In this document: positions 10,191 to 22,724 of the stretch, one piece after another
Layout of the letters: the number at the start of each line of letters is the position of its first letter
Numbering within the stretch: position 1 is the first letter of the stretch
Assembly (NCBI GenBank): GCA_963575745.1
Contig: CAUYUJ010000259.1
Coordinates: 372,001-436,000 of the forward strand
Length of the DNA stretch: 64,000 nucleotides
Source of the DNA: Prorocentrum cordatum
Lineage: Eukaryota
Reading direction: 5' to 3'
Made by a program: the position numbers and the translations under genes
The notes under the pieces: model-generated
Told to the model about the DNA's origin: nothing
The model's input: only the letters and a program-made list of their open reading frames with translations
The model's database searches: none

Positions 10191-13125
10191 TTCTGGCGAG
10201 CTGGGGGGGGAGAAGGGCGAATTGGACGGGCCTGTTGTTGTCAGAAGGCTCGGGCTGCCCCCGACCTTCTGTGAAGTGTTCTAAGCCTTCCCCGAAGACG
10301 CAGAAAACCTTTCAAAAGGCGCTGGGGCTTCTGATAATCCCCGCCGCCTCCTGAGAAGGCCTTCTCCTTTTCACTTCCCAACCCCGCTCGCCGCCGAAGG
10401 TGGGGTCGGAGGACGGCGCCGCATTGCTGATGCATCGGTGATCTGGTTTGATGTGAGTCAGGAGGGGGAAAACACACACAGACACAATTCATCGTCGATT
10501 CCCATGAATAATGTCGGAAAATATGGGAAGTGGGGGGGAAGACAGAGACCCAGAACATATGGGAAAATATGGGGAATCCTGTTATTTGTGTGTGTATTCA
10601 TTTGTGTGTCCCAGGGCCCCTTCAGTGAGGCGCTCCAGAAAATGCAGCGCCTTTTTCGACGCCCCCCCTTCTTGCACGCCCCCTGTCTTGGACGCCCCGC
10701 TTTTGGGCGCTCCGGAAGCGGGAGCATGACTCGTTTTGCGGCGCTTCCGGTTGGAATGGCTGGGGATTTGAGATGGCCCAGCACGAGGAGGGGAAGAAAC
10801 ACAGGCACAATCAATCCGCGATCCCCTGAAAAACACAGGAAAATATTGGAAGTGGGGGGGGCAGACGGAATTCCAAAACATACTTCACGAAACAATGCGG
10901 GGTACCTTGGGGATTTGTGTCTATCCACTTGTGTGCCCCTAGGCCCCTACGAGCAGGCAAGGGGGGCGAGGGCCGAGGCTTCGGCCTCGAGCAGGTCTGA
11001 GGGGGTCCTGCGAGGTCGCGTGTCGCGGTATGGGTACCTTTCTGCCTCCCCATATACAGCTTTCTTGGAAGTTTTGTTTTGTAGAGACTGAGTTGTGTTT
11101 TGCTCACACCCCGATGCACGTGACCGTGGTGTTTTTCAATTGAATTTCTCCTCCGGGGGATCGCACACCGGTTTCTGGGTACAAGGGGAAAGCGTGCGTT
11201 TCAGAATGGGCTTTGGACCCCGAACTACGTACAGCTCCCGCTTGATAATTCGTTAATTATGTATTCAGAATCGCGCTCGCGCGCTGGATTTTTCTACGGT
11301 TTGTGCAGGAGTCGCGCTCTTGCGTGGGACATCCTCGCAATTGATTCTAGACGCCGCGCCCCCGACCCTCAGGAATTGCGCTTTCGCTTTGGTCTTCCTC
11401 ATGGTTTACGTGACACTCACGCTGTCGCACGAGACGTCCGCGCGATCCATGCATGACTGATGCTTCAGCGACCCGCCCGCTCGACTCGGCCGTCTGGGCC
11501 GGCCCGCGCGGCCCGACCAGAAGGGTCAGCCCGCCCGACCTGCTCGTCTGGTTCTGCCGCTTGTTTTCCTGCTCCTAACCCCTCTCTCGATAGGCTCTCT
11601 CGTCCTCCATCCTTCTCCCTTCCCCTCCCTTCTTCCCTTCTCCTGTCTTAGTGGCCGCGTCAAGTACGCGTGGCAGGTGAGGAAGACGTACCCCCAGGGG
11701 CTGCACGATCGAAGACGAAGATGGCGGGCACCAAGGGTTCGGAATAGACATGTTAAGTGACGCGCGAACAGAGAAGCAAGGAGGGGAAGAGAACATACAG
11801 ACACAAGTAATCGTCGATCCCGAATAATATGTGGGAAACCATGGGAAGCAGGGGGGACGACGAAAACGTGGAAACCATGCGGGACCATGGGGAGTCCTGG
11901 GACCGGTGTTTTTCCTGTGTGCGCCCCTGGCCCCTCTGATGAGATCGAGCAGTCTCGACACGACGGTTTTGGACGTCGCGGCTCCCGCGTCTGCCTGCGC
12001 CGCGGGGAGGGAGGGCCCGGGCCCCCGGCGTCGGTGGCCCGCCGTGGCCGTGCAGCGTGGCTCCCCGTCGTGAGCTGTGCGGAGGTGTAAGTGGCCCCCC
12101 GGCCGCAGGGCTGCACGTTTTTTTTTGTTGTGCAGCGGGGGCACGCTGAGGTTAAAGTCGGGCCTGTCCCCTGCAGGAGGAATGCTCCAAAAATGTCAAA
12201 CAGTAGACTGGGGACGACGATCTCATGAGCACGTTTTGGTATGTTTGTGTATGTTCGTGAGTGCTGTGTCGCCTCGAAGTGGCACATGTCCGACAAAACG
12301 CTACGGACGGAAGTCTTCCGCCGCTGAGTGGCCCCGCCTCTTCCCCCCTCCGCGGCCGCCTTGTCCTTCCTCTCCCTTCTCCTGCACGCTGGCCAGTTCG
12401 CTGTTCGGTGCCCCCGTGTAGCTCTATGCCGCTGGCGCGGCCACTCTGCCTCGCCGCCGACAGAACAAGTTGTTTCCCAGCCATCCTGTGGTGTTGGGTC
12501 CTCGTTTTGAAGAGACAGCGTCCCGCGTTCCTCCTTCCTTCCTCCTCCCCCTCATCCCTCCTCCCGTCAGCCCCCGACTTTAGCACACCCCTCACACGTT
12601 TCGAGGCCCCTGAGCGAGTTCCACCGAAGGTCCCAGTGGCGCAGTCCGCATGTGGTTCCCCCGCCCAGTACAGCGCTTTGTGGCCCCACAGGGAGCTCCA
12701 TGGAAGGTCCCAGTGGCGCAGTTCGCATGCGATTCCCCCGCTTAGTACTGCGCTTTGTGGCCCGAAAGGGAGCTCCACGGAAGACGATGCCCACATCTGC
12801 GGTACTCACTACTGCACATGGTTGGGTTCTTCGCCAGGTTGATTGTTCAACGGGCGCACAATCGGGACGGAAGTCTTCCGCCTCTGAGTGGCCCCGCCTC
12901 TTCCCCCAGCGCGGCCGCCCTGCCCGTCCTCTCTCCCTTCTCTCCTGCGCGGTTGTCAGCTCGCTCTTCGGCGCCCCCGTGTAGCTCCGTGTCGTTGGCG
13001 CGGCCACTCTGCCTCGCCGCCGACGGAACAAGCTTTCCAGCTGGGGGTTGTGCCTCGACTTCGGCTCTCGGGGGCCGCCTCGGGTGCCCGGGGTCGTGCA
13101 GAGTGGATGCGGGGCGAACCTCTGC

Positions 13126-13287
13126 TTCAGTCGGGCACGTCCCTCTACAGGAGGAATGTTCCAAAGTTATCAAACACAAAATAGTCGGAGGACGATGTTT
13201 CTACTATTCTGACTATGGTCGAGCATGTCCTGTCAAGTGTTGCTTTGTCATCCAAGATCCGCCTGCAGGAGGACACGCCCGACCTAG
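13126..13287. mobile_element. MITE-like element, family A (further copies ~6858-6975, 12152-12298, 14677-14835, 27949-28110, 62759-62844; half copies near 2470-2503, 34057, 35300-35336)
   Basis: TIRs TTCAGTCGGGCACGTCCCTCTACAG / CTGCAGGAGGACACGCCCGACCTAG. 8-bp duplication ACCTCTGC. Confidence 0.8.
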
Positions 13288-13491
13288 ACCTCTGCCCCTG
13301 GGGAAGTCGTCGGGACCTTTGGGGCCCGCGGACTGCGAGATTCCTGTCGGCGTGGGTGGGGCTCCGCGTCGTGCGGGCGTGGCGGCAAAGCTCGGCGCTG
13401 GCGAGCTCAAGGCGGAATGCCGCGCGCGGGCCCCGGGGTCGGCCCACACGGAACGGTGCGCGCTGCCGCCGCGACTGGTGAAGGCTGAGCG

Positions 13492-13675
13492 TCCAGGGCC
13501 CCTCGAGTAATGAAAAAGTCATGACGGAAGGTTCTTCTGAATTTTCGGCTTCCGGGGGCCCTCACCGGGCCCCGGTAGCGTCAAACAACGATGCAGGATG
13601 CAAAGTTGGTCATGGGGAGAGGGTCGGGACCTCTGGGGGTCGACGTGATGGCAAGGAAATTACGTCGGGGGTTTG
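13492..13675. mobile_element. Dispersed ~185-bp repeat, family G (second copy ~15005-15190; partial copies ~6290-6410, ~14410-14520)
   Basis: Shared CCCCTCGAGTAATGAAAAA.TCATGAC..CAGGATGCAAAG..GGGTCGGGACCTCTGGGGGTCGACGT..TTACGTCGGGGGT. Confidence 0.75.
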
Positions 13676-14099
13676 AGCGTTCGGGCAAGGATCATATCCA
13701 TATCCAGTGCGTCTTTTACTTTTTGGAAGGGGCGCCGCGAGGCCGAGGCGCACTGGATATGGATAGGAAGCGAGCTTCCAAGGGGCAAATTTGTCTCCAT
13801 GTCCAGTGCGCCTCGGGTTTCTGGGGAAGGGAGCCCGAAACTCCATACTCCATACTGCAGTGGATATAGGCAGAAGTAGTGCCCGCAGTGAAGGCTGAGC
13901 GATCCACGCGTGATGTCAGAGACCAGCGCGCAGGTCAACATGGGACGAGCCGGCCGCACCCCTGCTGGTGCATTCAGCGCCGGGGTTTCTGCCACGCCGG
14001 GGCTCACTCGGCCGCGGGCATCCTTCGGATTCCGCGCCCCCGGCCCGTGTCTGGGGAACCTGACCTGCAGGGGCGGGGTGCACGCGTGCCTGCGCAGAG

Positions 14100-14150
14100 G
14101 CCGAATGTCGTGAGCTACGGGGCGGCGATCAGCGCGTGCGAGAGGTCGAG
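14100..14150 (+). CDS. PPR protein exon
   Basis: AG acceptor at 14098-14099. Translates (R)PNVVSYGAAISACERS(R). AG|GC donor; phases match both neighbours. Confidence 0.85.
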
Positions 14151-14879
14151 GCGCAGAAAGCTGACGGAGTCAAGAGGCGAAAACCCACCTCCACCTGCAG
14201 CTCCGAGAGCCACCCCCGAACCGGCGATCCAAGGGGTCGGGACGGGGGGAGGGGGTGGGTTTTAGCCCTCTCCATGTTCTTTCGGAGGTCCGCGCGGTCT
14301 GAGGTTTCTGGGGGCGTTGAGTTGGAGCCAGGTCTGACGTATGGCCCAGCATTGGTTCCGGCCAGCCACAAGGGCGAGCATGAGAGGTGCGGGGTGTTTC
14401 CAGAGGTTTTCTCACTTTTTAAATATTTGGGGGCCAGAGACGGCCCCCAGAACCGTCAAAAACGAATCCATAGTGAAACATTTGTCCTAAGGGCCCCCGG
14501 GAGGGGTCCCGGGACAGATTTTGAGCAGATTCGGCCTCACCCCCCCTCCTGGCCGATGTCCGGGGTCCCAGTCAGCTCAGATTCCTTGGCCGCCTCCGAC
14601 CTGGCGGCGATTCTGGAGCCGCCTCTGGCGCGCTCCGACCTTGAGCGACGCCGGCGGACCTCCGGAGGCCAGTGGTGAATCGGGCGCGTCCCTCTACAGC
14701 AGGGATATCAACGAATAATCCAAAACCTAGTCTGGGAATCATTGTTTGATAGTTTTGTGTTGTTGTTGTATTTTGTTGTTTTTTATTTTATTTCCTGTCC
14801 ATAGTCCCCCTGTAGGAGGACACGCCCGACCGAAGCCTTGCGCTCACGGCAGCCTTGTTGCTCTCCCCAAGAGGGGCAG

Positions 14880-14928
14880 GCGGTGGCGCGAGGCGCTGCA
14901 CCTGCTGGGCAGCATGGATCGCGACAGG
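14880..14928 (+). CDS. PPR protein exon
   Basis: CAG| acceptor. Translates (R)RWREALHLLGSMDRDR. GT donor, phase 0. Confidence 0.85.
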
Positions 14929-16530
14929 GTGGCCCTCCGGCTCCGTTGACAGGGGAGGTCTCCCGAGTTTTCCTTGGACGGGCAGCGACAGGGGGTGTGG
15001 GGGACCAGGACCCCTCGAGTAATGAAAAAATCATGACAGGAGATTTTTCTTAATCTTCGGCCTCCGGGGGTCCTTCCCGGGCCTCGTGGGCGTCAAAAAA
15101 GGACTCAGGATGCAAAGCCGGTTATGGGGAAAGGGTCGGGACCTCTGGGGGTCGACGTAAAGAAAGATATATTAGTTACGTCGGGGGTCTGGGGATGGGC
15201 ACAGGGACCCCCAATCGCCCATTGATCACCGATAGGGGCCCGATAGCCCCAACCTGCCCAGGAAGGTGCGGGTTCACGATCGCAGGCCTATCGCCGATCT
15301 GTCGGCGACGTGTCGCCGGTTCCAGGTCGATGCATCCCCCCCATGCCAGTTCCCCCCTATCGTCGCCCCTCATCCCCGAGCCATGCATGGGCCCGCCTCC
15401 ATCCCTCCATCGATGGGGGGAGGGCGGTGCTGGTTTGGAGCCGCGTGTCGAAGAGCGAAAATCGGTAAGAGCACAAACTGCAATAGTCCGCGTGATTTCT
15501 TTGGATCGCTGGACCCCCCTGGCGGCGCCTCCTGCGCAGCCCCTGGCGCGCTCCGCGCGCCAGGGAGGGGGTGCCCAGCGCCGATACAGTAAATCCGCGC
15601 GGACCTCCGAGAGTTTACACACGTAGGGCTGGGCCTGGGACAGAAAAACATCCTTCGAGCACATGAGGCCCTCCGCCAGCCAAAGCACCCCAGGATGCAC
15701 AAGAAGACCCAACGAGCGCGACGAGCAGGAGCACACCCTCCTCCAACCGGCCTCGCTCTTCCACCTCGGTCCGACCGTTTGCCTGCTGTGCTCTTCCCCC
15801 GGTCGAGGGGGCACGGCTTGGGGGCCACGTTGGGCCGACCCCCCCGCCTGCCGTCCTCCCGCTGGCCAGGCCCCGGGGATCTCTTGGCGCGGCTGGCTGG
15901 GGCCTGCCGCGTGGCCTCGGCTGACCCACGGGCCCGCGCGCCCCCCGACCCAGGGGCTCCAGAAGCAGGGCAAGAAGGTCAGGCGATCGTGAACATGGAT
16001 CCAGGGGGCCTGGATTAGCGACGGGTCTCGTTTCCGTGGGAAATCGCGGTTTTCCGCCGCCGAACGAAGCGGCATCGGCCGCATTTGGGGGAGGGCACCT
16101 CCCCCGATCCATGGACTTGGCGACCGTGCGCCAAATCAATGGGTCGCTAGTCCAGGTTTGAGCGCCCGCGAGAATGATTGGCTTCTTACACACGGTGCAT
16201 CTTCGATTGGTTTCGAACTGAGATGATCGGTCACACTTGGGCGTGTTCGTAAAGCAACGAGCGCCGATTTCGGGCACACGCGAATGGAGTTTCGGGCAAT
16301 GTTCCGGTCATTGTCGGACGGGGCTTAGGACGATGATAAATCCGTTCCAAGGCGCTCCGGGGCGCTCTCAGAGCGTTCTGGAACTCTCTGAGATGGCCGA
16401 GGCGCCCGAGACATCCTCCAGCGGCGCCGGACCTCAGAGATTCTCGATCTATCTTGATATCCGATGATGTTATCCTCTTCGTGGCTTCGTCTCAGTGGCC
16501 GTCACTTCCGTCGTTGTTTTCGCCGCTCAG

Positions 16531-16608
16531 GTGGCGCCCAACGCCGTCAGCTACGGCGCCGCGATCGTCGCCTGCTCGCGGGCCGACCGCTGGGAGCGGG
16601 CCCTGGAG
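16531..16608 (+). CDS. PPR protein exon
   Basis: CTCAG| acceptor. Translates VAPNAVSYGAAIVACSRADRWERALE. AG|GC donor. Confidence 0.9.
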
Positions 16609-16652
16609 GCCTTGGGGGCAACGGCATGGGGCGGATCGGCACAGGGGAGCGA

Positions 16653-17290
16653 CTCATCGACCACGGATGGTTGCTATACGTAGGTACATCGACGATGCGT
16701 CGTTGATATCAGGGCGATGTATCCACAGCCTCCCCCCCTCTTTCTCCGCCTCCACCTCCTCACTCATCGACCACGGATGCTTGCTATACGTAGGTACATC
16801 GACGATTCGTCGTTGATATCAGGGCGATGTATCCACAGCCTCCTCCTCCTCCGCCTCCACCTCCTCACTCATCGACCACAGATGTTTGATATACGTAGAT
16901 ACATGGACGAGTCGTTGTTGATATCAGGGCGATGTCTCCACAGCCCCACAGCCTCCTCCTCCTCCGTCGCCTCCTCCTCACTCATCGACCACGGATGGTT
17001 TATATACTTAGGTACATCGACGAATCGTCATGGCGATGTATCCACCATCTCCTCCTCCTCCGCCTCCTCCTCACTCTTCGACCAGGGGTGGTAGATACAC
17101 GTAGACACATCGACGATTCAACGTTGATTTCGGGGCGATGTATCCACAATCTCCTCCTCCTCCTCCTCCTCCTCCTCCTCCGCCTCCTCTTCCTCCTCCT
17201 CCGCACTCATCCACCACGGATGGTTAGTAGACGTAGATACTTCGACCATTCGTCGTTAATATCAGGGCGATGTATCCGCAGCCTCCTCCT
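16653..17290. repeat. Tandem array of 6 copies of a ~75-80 bp core separated by variable (CCT)n linkers
   Basis: Core ACTCATCGACCACGGATG..TACGTAGGTACATCGACGA.TCGTCGTTGATATCAGGGCGATGTATCCACAG starts at ~16653, 16762, 16867, 16980, 17073 and 17205. Confidence 0.9.
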
Positions 17291-17930
17291 CGTCCTCCTC
17301 TTCCTCCTCTTCCCCTCCTCCTCCTCGTCCTCCTCCTCCTCCTCCTACTCCTCCTCCTACTCCTCCTTCTCCTCCTCGTCCTCCTCCTCCTCCTCCTCCC
17401 CCGCTGCATCCCGCTCTGTGCCTATCCTTATGATGTTCCAGCCGACTTGAGCCTTGATCACCAGAAAAGGGGTTCGGGCACCAAGAAAGTTTCGAATCTG
17501 GAGCGCGTTTTGGCGTGCGCGGCCCTGGGAAGCGAATTCTCGACCGGTACCTCGCCAGCTTGCCGGGGAGACACTGCTTCGATAATTACTCTCCTGGGTG
17601 CTCGAAATTCTGTCTGGGACGTGGCCCGCAAGTACGATGGGGCCAACTTGCGACCATCCTCCTGGGTGGCCCAACAGGGGGTCCAGCGCAAAGGGGGTGG
17701 CGCAATAGATTTGGTGTAATAGATTTGGGGTCGTAATGGATTTGGAGTGTTTCTGGTGCGCAGATGTATCCCTGGATGTTCGCGTGCGATGCGTTCGTGA
17801 AAATGCAATGCCATACGGTTCTCTGGCGCAGTACTTGCCTGTGCAATACAGCTCCCCGAAGGCTGTTGCACCACCGCCCGTTGCACCTGGCCCCCCTCGT
17901 GGGTCACGAGGCATCTTTTTGCCTCTCCAG

Positions 17931-18029
17931 GTCTGGGCCCAGCTCCGCCGCGGCAGCGCGGCTGCGCCCCGCCGCGCCGGCTACGGCGCTGTGCTGCTGG
18001 CCTGCGCGCGGGGCGGCAGGTGGCAGGAG
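17931..18029 (+). CDS. PPR protein exon
   Basis: Polypyrimidine-CAG acceptor. Translates VWAQLRRGSAAAPRRAGYGAVLLACARGGRWQE. AG|GC donor. Confidence 0.85.
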
Positions 18030-20135
18030 GCCCCGGCGGGGCGCGGAGCCGGGCGGGGCGCGGGGGCCCCCAGACGGTGTGGTGACCACACCGTGTGGCG
18101 AGTCGACGGGGGTTCGGAGTCGCCGCACGGTTTTGGGGCTCGGGTCGTTCGCCGAGGACGTCTCTCGGGTAGCGGGGGCATCCGAGGTCCCAAAGGACCG
18201 TGTGGTGCCCGCCCCCGCGGTGGTGTCTGTTCGGAGTTCGAGGTCATCGCCGGGACTGTCACCTCACGGTTTTGGGACCCCACAGGGGCCACTTGGATCA
18301 CCGCTGGAGCTGCTGAGGGGATGGGGAACGATGTTCCTGATTCTCGGAGGCCCAGAGGTTGAACCCGAACTCCAACAGCGGCGGGCTGCCTCCACCGAGG
18401 AAAGAGGATCTGGATCTCGGGGATGGTGGTAATGTGCAGGCTTCCTGGGTGGCCGAGAGATTTCCACCAGCAGCCAACATCCAGGATCCTCCTCCCCCGT
18501 TGGACGCACCCCCCCGTTTAGGAGTCGGCGGGGGGTCTGGCTCAGTGCCGGTTCTGGCCAGCAGATGCTGGGTTCGACAAGGTTTTTTGGCCTTTCGGGT
18601 TCTCCTGGGGCCGCTTTTTCTGGCACCGGGACCGTCGAACGGGGCCACCAGACGGACCATTGGAGGGGTCCGGGGATTGATTGTCAGGGGATGTGCCTGG
18701 ATCCCCCCGTTTCGAAGAGGCCCATCCAGCTCGGACGCCCTGGCCATCTCCATGGGCGGGGCTACTTGGATCACCGCTGGGGCTGCTGAGAGGATCGACT
18801 TTTGCTACCTCCTGGCGACAATGAGCGTGATCGTTGGGGGTAGGAGGGGCTGGGAGCTGGTCACGTCACAATTGGCGGTGGCCACGTCTGGGGGTGCTTA
18901 CGGATGGCTCATTCCCAGTCGGCGCCGGCGCGAATCGTGACGTGGCCAGGGAGGGGGTCGGAGGGGGGGGCGGGGGCGAGGCAAGTCACGAGCCCAAAGG
19001 TGGAAACATCGGGCGTAGCCTTGCTCATCAATGGGTTACAGCGGCCCGAAGTGGTTTAAAGTGGTCAGCTAACTCTGCCAAGGGGGCTCTGCCCACTTGG
19101 CCCAGATCCTTGCACCGCGTAAGACGCGTAAGGCACTTGCAACGCACTTGCAAGCGAGTTTAGGCCAGATCTATAATTCACATTGGAATCCAATTAGACC
19201 CCCACCCCCCCCATCGGTGATCCAAGTAGGATAGGGATACATCGTTCCAGAGCTGTCTGAACGTTCTGAGAGCGTTCCGGTTCCCGGGGCGGTCTGGAAC
19301 GGCCGCGGCGCCCAGTAAATCCACCAGAACCGCCGAATCTCAGAGATCACCGATTTAGCCTTGTCGAGTTTGTGCCTGTCCAGGCTCCGACTTACAGCCA
19401 TATCATGCCTCTTTGGCGCTGCTGACATAGCTGACGACGAAGGGTTTGAGCCAGTGTGGCCTTCACGGGGCCCTGTGTCCGTAGAAATTTGCTCGGGATG
19501 CAAAGCTGGTCCCGGGGAAGGGGCCCAGACTTCTGGGGTGCGAAAAGAATGACGACGGCGGAGGTCTGTCGGGGGCGGCAAGAGGGGGGTGATGACTATG
19601 GGCGGAGGGATATCATGGCCTGGGGCATGATATTTCCTCAGAATTCATGGCGCCTCTTCTTATTTTATTACGTCCCCAGCCCCCCCCTTGGCCGCGCACA
19701 TGCCTTCGGCCATGATATGCGCCCTCCCCTCTTGGACGCCCCCCTCTTGGCCGCCCACGAGTCTGGGATCGGATGGGGCAGGGCTCACAGGAAAGACGCC
19801 GATATCGCGCCTCGTTCACATTTTTTGGTTTGGCCTCCTTGGCGGCTCTCGTCGCCACGGCTGGATTCGCCGCCAAATTCTAGCCAGAAGGCGCCCAGAA
19901 GGGAGAGGGTATCTCTTCTGCCCGCCCAGCAGGGCCCGCCCAGCAGGGGTCGGTGGGGGAGTGTTCTGAGAATTCGGAGGAAGAAGTTCATTGCTGGGTC
20001 CGTCCGTTAACATCAAGGAAGTCTCTGGCGAGACGCCCAGCCTGCCCTACCGACGTGTCTTGGAGTGCGACAGTGAAGAGCTGTTTCTCAGGAGAAGGGA
20101 CGGGGGGGGACGACGACGACCACGATGAGGAGGAG

Positions 20136-20166
<31 letters not shown>

Positions 20167-20255
20167 ACGACGAGCTGGAGGACAAGAACGAAGAGGAGCC
20201 GGGGGGGAAGGGGCAGGAGGCAGAGGATGACCCCCCCCCGCGCGCGCCGCCACAG

Positions 20256-20348
20256 TCCGTGTCGCTCCTGGAGGAGATGTGGGACGCCAGCGCCCGCCCC
20301 GACGTGATGAGCTACACCGCCGTGCTGAGCGCGTGCGAGAGGGCCAAG
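20256..20348 (+). CDS. PPR protein exon
   Basis: CACAG| acceptor. Translates SVSLLEEMWDASARPDVMSYTAVLSACERAK. AG|GA donor. Confidence 0.9.
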
Positions 20349-21299
20349 GACACGGGCGCACACAACCTGCACCAGCGGGCGCTGTTGCCAGGCGCTCGCA
20401 AACACGGATCAAGGGAGGAGGGAGGACGAGGAGGACGAGGAGGCCTTGGGAATGTCAAAGGGGAGGTCGTGAGGAAGCAGGCCCTGAGTCGAAAGGTAAA
20501 GAACGGCAAAGTTCAGGCGATGGGCGTGGATTAGCGACGGGTCCCGTTTCCCTGGGAAAGCGCCTATCTCCGCCACCGAGCATGGCGGCACCGGTCGCAT
20601 TTTGGGGAGGGCACCTCCCCCGATCCCCGTCGGCGCGCCCCCGTTTTGGGAGGGCCCCGCGCGGACTTCTCGGAGATCGGCGCTCTGCCCCCCTATCCCC
20701 GCGCCCCCCTTCTCGGAGGCGGGCGGGCCAAACCGGGTGTGGTTCGCCATCGGGTGGGGGGGGCCATCGGGTGTGGTTCGCCATCGGGTGGTTCGCCATG
20801 CGCCCCCCTCGTCACCCAGCCGAGGCGACGAGGGCAGGGCAGGTGTGCGCAAGAGCGTGAGTTGCCTGCCCCTTTCGCTCCCAGGCAAAGCCAAGTCATT
20901 TTCACGCGCCTCCTCGTCAAGCGGCCTGACCAGTACAGGCCGTAGTTTGGCATCGCTTGGTATCTCGTGGAAGCGAGGGAGGTCAAAAGCGAGGTAGGTC
21001 TGTTTGCCCCCTAGTGCATGGCTTCGGGGGCACCTTCATCAGCCATGAGCCAGTCAGTCGCCGCCACCGCTGGGCACAGCTCGGACAACTGGCGCGCGTG
21101 GGTCTCAGAAGGGGGCCCAGCGGCAGATTTCTCGAGCCGCTGTGGTCTCTTCCTCGCCCTATCGGGGTTCGTTTTTCGTTTCTTCCGCTTCGATTCGCTT
21201 CGCTGTCGATAGCTCCCGATTCCGATTCGCTTCGGTTTGGGATTCCGATGTGGGTTCCGACTTTTCAAAGGATACAGTCGGCTGGTGGAATACAGTCGA

Positions 21300-21850
21300 T
21301 ACAAGAGAGCCAAGGGACCACCCAAGAGAGCCCAAGCGCGGTCCAAGAGAGCCCAGGACCGCCCAAGAGCGTTCGAAGGTGGCCTAAGATTCAAGACGGT
21401 CCAAGAGGGCCCCAAGACGGCCCCAGAGGCCTTCAAGAGTACCCCCGAAAGGGCCTCAGGATGCCTACAAATTCATGTCCTTGAAGTTTGTGAAGGTTGT
21501 TCGGGTTCCCGCATTCGAGCCAAGAAATGCCCAAGACGGCCCACGAGGCCTCAAGTATCGTCCCATGGCGGCCTCAGGGACCCCGAGATGGCCCAAGAGG
21601 GGCCCAAGACGGCCTAAGAGGGCCAAAAGGGCCCCGAGACGGCCCAAGAAGGCCTCAAGAGGCTCCCAAGAGAGCCCCAGGAGGGCCCCAGGAGGCTCCC
21701 AAGAGGGCCCCATGGGACCCCCAAAAGAGCCCCAAGACGGCCAAGGGCCTCCAAGCCGCCCCAAGACGGCGAAAGAGGGTTCCAAGACGGCCGAAGAGTG
21801 CCCCAAGACGTCCCTAGAGGGCCCCACAAGGACACCCAGGAAGGTTCGGA
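21300..21850. repeat. Degenerate (GGCCCCAAGA)-type low-complexity satellite (reverse-orientation patches ~24590-25140, 37180-37560, 46740-47200, 49430-49980, 50555-50680)
   Basis: Recurrent CCAAGA / TCTTGG at roughly 10-11 bp spacing. Confidence 0.85.
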
Positions 21851-22724
21851 GACGCTGAATAAACGAGGGCCCGAAGAGCTCACAGTGACGTTATAAGTTC
21901 TTCACACCATGGTTCCCAACAGCGAGCGATTACGCCAACTACTCTTAGCACCAAGGGTTCCAAGAGGAATCGGTGACAGAAAAGCGCGCAACGGGGAGCT
22001 AACGAGACGGGGGTTAATGAAAAAGGGGTCAGTCAGCGCGACAGATCTTGCAGGATCCCGCAGAGCCAGGTTTGCATTGACCCGGGTTGAGTGCAGGGTC
22101 CTGCATAATCCTGCAGGATCTTGCAAAGCCTGGCTGACCCCGATCTGGATTGACTGGGGTCAGTAGATCCCCGAGTAACACCAAGGTTGCCCAGACGTCA
22201 CACTGATGTGACAGGCTCTGAACACCAAAGCTTTCAAGAGCGGGCTGTCACGTAACATTATGTTCACAACAAGGCTCAGAAGAGCGAACGGTGCCATAAG
22301 CCATCTGCGGCAAGTGTCTGAAACTGTCTTTCCGTTCTCGTGCCGGCCCAGGTCTACCTCGGCGAGGACCCTCAGGGGGCCTGCCGAATTCAGTCGGTTC
22401 GCTCATTCCGCCGACCAAGATTGCACCACTGTTGGCAAGTGAGCAGGCAGAGGATGAGGAAGAGGAGGGGGAGGAGAAGGAGGAGGAGGAGGAGGAGGAG
22501 GCGGCTGCGACCTCTCGATGGCGTCTTTTGGCACATCTTTTGGCCAAGATGTATCGTGGACAAGACGTTGTCTTGGCATCGCTCGGACGTTTGCATTCTC
22601 AGTCGGCGAGGCCCCTTCGGGAGCTTCCTGGACCATCTGGCAACAACAAGGCACGCACGAAACCGACACGCGCACGGGGGCAATGGACGTCCGAGCGATG
22701 GCGCAAGTTGCTGGTCTCCGACAG

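Noticed and set aside
16653..17290. CRISPR array
   Set aside because: Repeats are too long and degenerate, linkers are CCT microsatellite, there are no cas genes, and the context is eukaryotic.
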